Shown here: positions 57,255 through 64,000 of the stretch, in pieces | How positions within the stretch are numbered: the stretch's first letter is position 1 | How the letters are laid out: every line of letters starts with the position of its first letter | From: a virus | IMG/VR virus record: IMGVR_UViG_3300029286_000013 | Reading direction: 5' to 3' (one strand) | Length of the DNA stretch: 64,000 bases | Made by a program: the position numbers and the translations under genes | Notes under the pieces: model-generated | What the model saw: only the letters and a program-made list of their open reading frames with translations | What the model was told of the DNA's origin: nothing | The model's database searches: none

Positions 57255-58024
57255 CTAGAGGTTTTGTAATCATGGCGCAGAACACAGAAAAAACTGACTA
57301 TGTTAAGTGTGCCAAAGCATTAGAAATAAGTATCAAGCGAGTTATGCCTGATGCCAATGTAACCATCATTACAACTGATATGTTACCGTACGGCGATCAA
57401 GCACCAGACAGTGATTGGAAACTTATAAATGATTGGCAAGTATATGAAGCAAGCCCATATGATGAAACAATTAAATTAGAAGCTGACATATTTTTACCCC
57501 GTAGTATTGAACATTGGTTTGATATCTTATCAATCAATGATGTGACATTATGTACAAAGATACGTAACTACAAAGGTGAAATTTCTGATATAAGAGTTTA
57601 TAGAAAGTTTATTGATGATAACAATTTACCTGATATCTATAATGCTATTACATATTTTAAAAAATCAGATACAGCAGAAAAGTTTTACAGAATAGTTAGA
57701 GATGTGTTTGAAAATTGGGAAGAATACAAAGCAATACTAAAATGTAATCCCACAGAAGAAGCAACAACTGATTGGGTTTATGCAATTGCAAGTCATATAA
57801 TTGGAGTAGAAAAAACCACACTACCCAATTTTAACGAATTTTGTATGATACATATGAAACAGTTTGTCACCGGAACATTTACTGAAAATTGGACTGATAC
57901 TTTGGTATATGAATGTACACCTGACGCAATTAAGGTGAATACTTATGTACAAGAATATCCATTTCACTATCATATAAAGTCTTTTAGTGATAAAATTATA
58001 GAGAAATACAAATGGAACACGTAA
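57251..58024 (+). CDS. GT-A fold glycosyltransferase-like paralogue
   Basis: VTIITTD, YEASPYDETIKLEAD, HMK, FHY. Confidence 0.6.
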   Translation: MTRGFVIMAQNTEKTDYVKCAKALEISIKRVMPDANVTIITTDMLPYGDQAPDSDWKLINDWQVYEASPYDETIKLEADIFLPRSIEHWFDILSINDVTLCTKIRNYKGEISDIRVYRKFIDDNNLPDIYNAITYFKKSDTAEKFYRIVRDVFENWEEYKAILKCNPTEEATTDWVYAIASHIIGVEKTTLPNFNEFCMIHMKQFVTGTFTENWTDTLVYECTPDAIKVNTYVQEYPFHYHIKSFSDKIIEKYKWNT

Positions 58025-58347
58025 TACTTTGGGAAGCACCAACTATCACTAAACCTGAATTCAGGTTATATTATGATGATAAAGGTAATGTATTATTTTA
58101 TACCTGTGAAAAACCAGAAGGTAATTACATTGTTATCGATGCAACAACATATGCAATAGGTAGACCGGACGTTAGGATTATTGACGGGAAAATATCTACT
58201 GTAGTTACAAGTGCAGTTGTATCAAAGCTTATGCCCAATAAGGAAGATGGTATTATTTGTGCCGAAGAAGATATTAGTATTGTAGTAGATAAAAACTACA
58301 AAGGTAAAACTATTAATTGGAAATTAACAACTTATGAACTCGAATGA
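58012..58347 (+). CDS. Hypothetical protein
   Basis: Overlaps both neighbours within the operon. Confidence 0.6.
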   Translation: MEHVILWEAPTITKPEFRLYYDDKGNVLFYTCEKPEGNYIVIDATTYAIGRPDVRIIDGKISTVVTSAVVSKLMPNKEDGIICAEEDISIVVDKNYKGKTINWKLTTYELE

Positions 58348-59287
58348 TATTATTGATGTAGCAGACTTAGATTGCATTTATCTTAGCTATGATGAACCAC
58401 AAAAAGAAGAATTTTGGCTTAAAGTCAAACACATGGTGCCTTGGGCAAAACGTGTTGACAATGTTAAAGGTAGTGATGCCGCACACAAAGCCGCAGGTGA
58501 GGCAAGTGATACAGAACGCTTCATTCTAATTGATGGCGACAACATGCCAGAAGAAAGTTTTTTCAACATTCAATTAGACTTTACAGGCAAAGACGAAAAG
58601 TTTAGACAAGCGCAGTTTCGTTGGAAAGCTATCAATAACATCAACGGATTGCGTTATGGTAATGGTGGCATGAGTTCATGGACTAAAGAATATGTGGCTA
58701 ACATGAAAACCCATGAACATCAGAAAGACGGAGATGTTTCACGTATTGCTGACTTCTGTATGGGAGGTGATGACAACTTGTATTGGGCTATGTGGGATTG
58801 TTATTCAACTACATATCCAAACATGACACCATTCCAAGCTTGGCGTGCAGGTTTCCGTGAAGGTGTTAAGATGAGTTTGGATAGAGGTGCACGCCCTACT
58901 GTAGACCAATTTAAAGAAACGGTGGCAAGTCGTAACTTAGACAATCTGACCATATGGCATAATGTTGGTATGGATGTTGAGAATGGTGAATGGGCTATAT
59001 ATGGTGCTCGTCTTGGTACATATATGACTATGCTTACAGAATGGGATCACACTAATGTTCAATGGTTTGACAACTATATCACATTGTGGGAAGAACATGT
59101 GAATAGAGATCCTGTGCGTGAATCAGCATTGTTAGGAGCCGCACTACATGATAAACTAGGACTACCTATGGCTACATTAGATGGCTTACAAAGTAAATTC
59201 TTTAAACGTCATTATGGGGCAGACAAATACAATCGTGGCCCACTGGTAACAGAGATGGAAGTTATTCGTCAGATTCAGGGCTGGTAA
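58334..59287 (+). CDS. Nucleotide-diphospho-sugar transferase-like protein
   Basis: YLSYDEP, AHKAA, FILIDGDN (DxD), YGNGG, AWRAGFREGVK. Confidence 0.6.
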   Translation: MNSNDIIDVADLDCIYLSYDEPQKEEFWLKVKHMVPWAKRVDNVKGSDAAHKAAGEASDTERFILIDGDNMPEESFFNIQLDFTGKDEKFRQAQFRWKAINNINGLRYGNGGMSSWTKEYVANMKTHEHQKDGDVSRIADFCMGGDDNLYWAMWDCYSTTYPNMTPFQAWRAGFREGVKMSLDRGARPTVDQFKETVASRNLDNLTIWHNVGMDVENGEWAIYGARLGTYMTMLTEWDHTNVQWFDNYITLWEEHVNRDPVRESALLGAALHDKLGLPMATLDGLQSKFFKRHYGADKYNRGPLVTEMEVIRQIQGW

Positions 59288-60852
59288 TGAGCGGTGAGTA
59301 CGACCAGTTTGCTAGAGACATGCGTGACCGCTTAAATGCGGTCAGTCCATCACTATGTCTTGCTAAATGGCAACAAGTATCTATTCACTTGCCTAGTGGA
59401 TTGACTCAAAGTTGTTATCACCCACCCACCCACAAGATACCATTGGAGTTATTGAAAGATAAGCCCAGTGTACTACACAATACTCCTACCAAAATACACG
59501 AACGTAAACAAATGCTTGAGGGTAAACGTCCTGAAGGTTGTAGCTATTGTTGGAAAGTAGAAGATGCTAAAAGTGATGATCCCAAAGGTCATATGAGTGA
59601 CAGACATTATCGCAGTAGTGAATGGTGGAATGCACCTACATTTGAAGAAGTCACTGAAAACAAGTTTGACTATGATGTTGTCCCTCGATATATAGAAGTC
59701 AATTTCAATCAAGCATGTAACTTTAAATGTATGTATTGTAGTCCACATCTTTCCAGTAGTTGGGAAGAAGAAGTTAAGAAGCACGGTGGTTATCAATTAA
59801 CCGGAATGACACATAATAACTTAGAAGCATTAGAACAAAAAGGAATGATGCCACTCAAAGTGTCTAATAAAGACAATCCTTATGTTGAAGCATTTTGGCA
59901 ATGGTTCCCTGAAATCTATCGTAAACTACGTGTGTTCAGAATGACAGGTGGTGAGCCACTTATGGATAAGAACACTTTCAAAGTCTTAGACTATGTGAAT
60001 GAGAATCCACATGGTCAACTTGAGTTATCTATAACAAGTAACATGTGTCCTCCGGATCAAAAGTTATTTGACAAGTTTGTCGAGAAAGTTAAAGCATTAG
60101 AAGAACTACGCACATACGAGGATAAAGAAAACTTCAACGTACATAGTGGTAATAACTGGTACGTAGATAAAGGATTTAAACACTTTTGGTTGTTTGTATC
60201 ACTTGATGGGTTTGGCGAGCAAGCAGAATATATGCGTACTGGGTTAGAGTTTGAACGCATGTTGGATAACGTTAGAACCTTCTTGCGTGAGACAAAGTAC
60301 AGTACTGTTAGCTTTATCAATACATTTAATATCATGTCCATTCCTAGCTTACATAAGTTCTTGGAGATGGTACTAGAGTTAAGAGCAGAGTTTGGTGGAA
60401 GAAGTCAAGTTGAATTTGAAATTGCACCCGAACAAACTGAGGTAGAAAAAGAGAACGACATTGTACACAAAGTTTATACCCAGAAGAAATATCAACGTGT
60501 ATTCTTTGATATTCCAATACTAAGATACCCTCCCTGGTTCAGTATTCAAAATGCAGGACAATATGGTATCGATGAAGTAGAACGTTGCTTAAAGTACATG
60601 GAAGATAATGTACAAGGTGACGACTATTTGGAAACATTCGAAGGCTTTAAACCATATGAGCTATTGAAAATCAAGCGAGACCTTGCTATAATGAAAGAAT
60701 CTCTACCCCAGGATCAATTACTACTAAATAAAAAGAACTTCTACCTGTTCATCACAGAATATGATAGACGCAGGCAAACGAATTTTATAGAAACATTTCC
60801 AGAACTAAAGAGTTACTGGAGAGAATGTATCAAAGCGCACACTAAACATTAA
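59287..60852 (+). CDS. Radical SAM protein with N-terminal twitch-like domain
   Basis: CLAKW..SCYH..CSYCW; CNFKCMYC; TGGEP; VSLDG. Confidence 0.9.
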   Translation: MSGEYDQFARDMRDRLNAVSPSLCLAKWQQVSIHLPSGLTQSCYHPPTHKIPLELLKDKPSVLHNTPTKIHERKQMLEGKRPEGCSYCWKVEDAKSDDPKGHMSDRHYRSSEWWNAPTFEEVTENKFDYDVVPRYIEVNFNQACNFKCMYCSPHLSSSWEEEVKKHGGYQLTGMTHNNLEALEQKGMMPLKVSNKDNPYVEAFWQWFPEIYRKLRVFRMTGGEPLMDKNTFKVLDYVNENPHGQLELSITSNMCPPDQKLFDKFVEKVKALEELRTYEDKENFNVHSGNNWYVDKGFKHFWLFVSLDGFGEQAEYMRTGLEFERMLDNVRTFLRETKYSTVSFINTFNIMSIPSLHKFLEMVLELRAEFGGRSQVEFEIAPEQTEVEKENDIVHKVYTQKKYQRVFFDIPILRYPPWFSIQNAGQYGIDEVERCLKYMEDNVQGDDYLETFEGFKPYELLKIKRDLAIMKESLPQDQLLLNKKNFYLFITEYDRRRQTNFIETFPELKSYWRECIKAHTKH

Positions 60853-60860
60853 GGAATAAA

Positions 60861-62387
60861 ATGGCAGGCAAGAAACACGAAGAATCATTCGCACAATACA
60901 AAGCAAGACTTATTGACCCTATTAGCGATAGCTATTGTGCCGCTAAGTGGCTAAACGCTACAATATGGTTGGGTAACGGACAAACAACTAGTTGTCACCA
61001 CCCATTGGGGCATCAAATTGATGCGGCAGAGTTACTCACTAATCCATCAGCAATTCACAATACTCCACATAAGAAGTATATGCGTAAGTTGATGCAAGAA
61101 GGTAAACGCCCACAAGAGTGTGAATACTGTTGGAAGATTGAAGATATTGGTCGTGATAACATGAGTGACCGTGTTTACAAAACTGCTGTATTTGAAGAAT
61201 CAGACATTCTTAAAACTGCTAAAGCTGATTGGCAAGAGAATACAATGTTGAAAACATTAGAGATTTCTTTTGACCGTACATGTAACTTTGCCTGTAGTTA
61301 TTGCAATCCAAGTTTCAGCACAACATGGGTTAAAGATATTCACAAGTTTGGTCCTTATCGTAATATCGACGGTGATGCACGTAGTCACTTTATTAATGAA
61401 GCTGACCATGCTAAGCCATTACCAGATGACATTAACCCATACATTCAAGCGTTCTGGCGTTGGTGGGAAGAAGGACTTGCTGACAACTTAGAAGAAATTC
61501 GAATTACAGGTGGTGAACCACTTATGGCTCCTGGTGTATGGAAGCTTTTTGAATGGTTCCGTAATAATCAAGAACGTGCCACAAATCGTCCAGATGGTAA
61601 AGTATTACGTTATGCTATCAATAGTAACTTAGTTCCCAAAGATGATATTATGGACAAGTTAATTGAGTATAGTCACTTTGTCCCCTACATGGAAGTCTAT
61701 ACAAGCTGTGAAGCATTTGGTTCTCACGCTGAATATATACGTGATGGCTTTGATTGGAACAAATGGATTCATAACTTAGGTAGATTGCACACTGAAGGTA
61801 ACATCAAAAAGACACACATGATGATGACTATCAATAGCTTATGTTTGTCTAGTATTGTTCAGTTCATGGATCAGATGATGGAATTCAAAAAGATTCATAA
61901 CACAGTTTATCCTACGATGAGCTTGAACATCTTGCGCTTCCCTAGCTTCCAATCTTGTGCTATGTTGCCAACAGAGATTCGTCAGAAGTATAAAGACCAA
62001 TTGCAAGTATGGTTAGATAATCAGATTGCTATGGATTTCCGTACAAGTGATGGTAAACAAATGCTTATGAGCATTGAACGTGAACAGACTCAACGATTGA
62101 TTGATTACCTTGACGTTATTAAGACTCCTCATAAGAATGTTAAAGACATTGAACAGAATCGTAGAGACTTTAAACAGTTCTATGCTCAGTATGATGTCCG
62201 TCGTGGTAAGAACTTCCGTGCAACATTCCCGCCAGAGTTTGTTGCTTTCTATGATAGTATTCAAACAGAGTTGCCCACTGCAGAGGAAATTAACACACAA
62301 AATTATCGTCAAGGTGTTGATTTAATACCGGATCATCCGCCTGAAGATCCAAGTAAAGATGTGTTTGTTAATCCAGATTTACAATGA
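60861..62387 (+). CDS. Radical SAM protein with N-terminal twitch-like domain
   Basis: CAAKW..SCHH..CEYCW; CNFACSYC; TGGEP. Confidence 0.9.
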   Translation: MAGKKHEESFAQYKARLIDPISDSYCAAKWLNATIWLGNGQTTSCHHPLGHQIDAAELLTNPSAIHNTPHKKYMRKLMQEGKRPQECEYCWKIEDIGRDNMSDRVYKTAVFEESDILKTAKADWQENTMLKTLEISFDRTCNFACSYCNPSFSTTWVKDIHKFGPYRNIDGDARSHFINEADHAKPLPDDINPYIQAFWRWWEEGLADNLEEIRITGGEPLMAPGVWKLFEWFRNNQERATNRPDGKVLRYAINSNLVPKDDIMDKLIEYSHFVPYMEVYTSCEAFGSHAEYIRDGFDWNKWIHNLGRLHTEGNIKKTHMMMTINSLCLSSIVQFMDQMMEFKKIHNTVYPTMSLNILRFPSFQSCAMLPTEIRQKYKDQLQVWLDNQIAMDFRTSDGKQMLMSIEREQTQRLIDYLDVIKTPHKNVKDIEQNRRDFKQFYAQYDVRRGKNFRATFPPEFVAFYDSIQTELPTAEEINTQNYRQGVDLIPDHPPEDPSKDVFVNPDLQ

Positions 62388-63784
62388 CAAATAAAATAAT
62401 GCCAATATGGGGAACAGATGCTAAACCGCATCCAGATAGCCCCAATAAAGTATTTTGTATGGCACCCTGGACACATACCTATATCAGTCCACAAAGCGAA
62501 CGTAGGATGTGTTGTGCTAGCAGAGAAGAACATTCATTTCAAAAGCAATATATTGATAGTAGTAACGATTCAAAGTATGGCGCTGTAACTGAAAGTAAAA
62601 CTGCATTGGATGATTACCAACCAGTAAGTTTAAAAGAACACTGGAATAGTGACTACATGAAAGATATTCGTGTAAAACTAATGCGAGGTGAAGAGATACC
62701 TCAATGTGATGTGTGCAATAAAAACTTATTGATGGAGGGTGAAAGCTATCGTGGATGGTTCACTGGCGTATTGTTTAAAGATAAAATTCAACAAGCATTT
62801 GATACTACAGACGATACTGGATTCACTTCAATGGAGCCAATAAGTTTTGATTATCGTTTTAGTAATCTATGTAATTTTAAGTGTCGCATGTGTGGTGAAC
62901 AATTAAGTTCAACATGGGAAACTGAAAAGAAGATTCATAATATGTGGACTCCTAAAAATCAACCCTTTATGGTTCCTGAAATTAAATCAGCAATGCAAGA
63001 CTTTCAACAAAATGTGGTTGAACCTGAATTTCGTGATGCAGTAAGTCGTGGTATCGTAGAAGAAATGTATTGGGTTGGTGGCGAACCATTGATGTATGAT
63101 GTTCATTGGTGGACATTAGAAGAAATGTTAAAAAATGGCTCTGCCAAGAATTGCTATATGCGCTATAATAGTAATTTAAGTCGTGTTCAATTTGGTCAGA
63201 AAAACTTATATGACTACCTACCACATTACAAGGATTGGATGATGTGTGCTAGCATTGATGGTACAGGTGATATTGTAGAATACATCCGTACTGGAATCAA
63301 ATGGGACAAATGGTTAGAAAATTTTAAACAAGGTTTAGCATTGCCCGGTGGTAAAGACAAGATGAAGTTAGATTTGACTATTACCGCACCCGGAATGTTC
63401 TCGTTAAAAGAGTTGTTTGATTTAAGCATTGAATTAGATGTTGAAATTATTACAAAGATTACATTTGCATTTCATCCAGATATTATGTGGAGTCCAACTA
63501 GTTGGCCACGTGAAATATTAAATGAAATGGTAGATGACATACTTTTATATTGCGAATCACGTGCTACTTGGAAACAACGTAGTTTTATTGGCAATTTACA
63601 GGCATTAAAAGACAGCCGCAAAACGCATGAAGAAGAATGGCCTGATAAGTATAAAACTGCAAGATTGAATGGCAAACGTTGGGTTGAACACTTAGAAAAG
63701 ATACGAGGTGATGAGAAAGTCACAATGCGTAACATATATAGTCGAAACCCTAAATTATTAACATGGTGGGATAGCATACAATGA
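62384..63784 (+). CDS. Radical SAM protein with N-terminal twitch-like domain
   Basis: CMAPW..MCC..CDVC; CNFKCRMC; VGGEP; ASIDG. Confidence 0.9.
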   Translation: MTNKIMPIWGTDAKPHPDSPNKVFCMAPWTHTYISPQSERRMCCASREEHSFQKQYIDSSNDSKYGAVTESKTALDDYQPVSLKEHWNSDYMKDIRVKLMRGEEIPQCDVCNKNLLMEGESYRGWFTGVLFKDKIQQAFDTTDDTGFTSMEPISFDYRFSNLCNFKCRMCGEQLSSTWETEKKIHNMWTPKNQPFMVPEIKSAMQDFQQNVVEPEFRDAVSRGIVEEMYWVGGEPLMYDVHWWTLEEMLKNGSAKNCYMRYNSNLSRVQFGQKNLYDYLPHYKDWMMCASIDGTGDIVEYIRTGIKWDKWLENFKQGLALPGGKDKMKLDLTITAPGMFSLKELFDLSIELDVEIITKITFAFHPDIMWSPTSWPREILNEMVDDILLYCESRATWKQRSFIGNLQALKDSRKTHEEEWPDKYKTARLNGKRWVEHLEKIRGDEKVTMRNIYSRNPKLLTWWDSIQ

Positions 63785-64000
63785 GTAAAAATATTTTAGT
63801 AGTGGGTGGAGGAACACCTGATAAATTTGGAAATCAATTTGTGAAAAAAGCCAGAGATGATGGTAATCGTGTAATAAATTTTTCATATAAGGATCACAAT
63901 ACTAATCACATAGATGATAGATATATCAACTATAGTGATACTAAACAAGTTAAAAGTAAATGTTTAGAATTGTCCAGTGAACTATCCGTAATTGATATTA
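63781..64000 (+). CDS. SDR / Rossmann-fold oxidoreductase (partial)
   Basis: MSKNILVVGGGTPDKFG.. beta-alpha-beta start; ATGA overlap; runs off right edge. Confidence 0.55.
   Translation, partial: MSKNILVVGGGTPDKFGNQFVKKARDDGNRVINFSYKDHNTNHIDDRYINYSDTKQVKSKCLELSSELSVIDI

Noticed and set aside
245-63777. Many short opposite-strand or alternate-frame ORFs in the track (e.g. 245-535, 13463-14218, 16074-16301, 28706-29452)
   Set aside because: Shadows of real genes caused by codon bias; no motifs, promoters or ribosome-binding sites.
1-64000. Stop-codon reassignment as in some large phages
   Set aside because: Core genes and a 6404-aa ORF are intact in the standard code and coding density is high; TGA ends gp23 at the expected place.
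1-64000. tRNA or rRNA genes
   Set aside because: No cloverleaf with a T-loop consensus seen in any spacer; tRNAscan-SE was not run.

Overview
64 kb of an AT-rich, distantly T4-like large myovirus genome, read in the standard genetic code. Left, minus strand: two Asn/Gly/Thr-rich fibre genes, a small accessory group (degenerate HNH, DUF6165-like protein, fatty-acid desaturase), the head module (portal, core proteins, protease, scaffold, major capsid) interrupted by two free-standing homing endonucleases, and a tape-measure-like protein with an M15 peptidase domain. Middle: a gp26-like gene with an apparent -1 frameshift extension, an ~500 bp structured non-coding region, and a minus-strand gp55 sigma/gp47/gp46/radical SAM/resolvase operon. 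Right, plus strand: the baseplate module including a 6404-aa protein built from nested module insertions, fibre genes, and a late operon of three GT-A-like proteins, three twitch-radical SAM paralogues and an SDR. A T4-late-like promoter (GATAAATA/CTAAATA) precedes most genes. Most promising novelties: the structured RNA plus DNA-hairpin locus at 16330-16837, the frameshift at 16093, the GT/radical SAM operon, and the nested architecture of the giant protein. All family assignments come from motifs recognised by eye and gene order; no searches were run.
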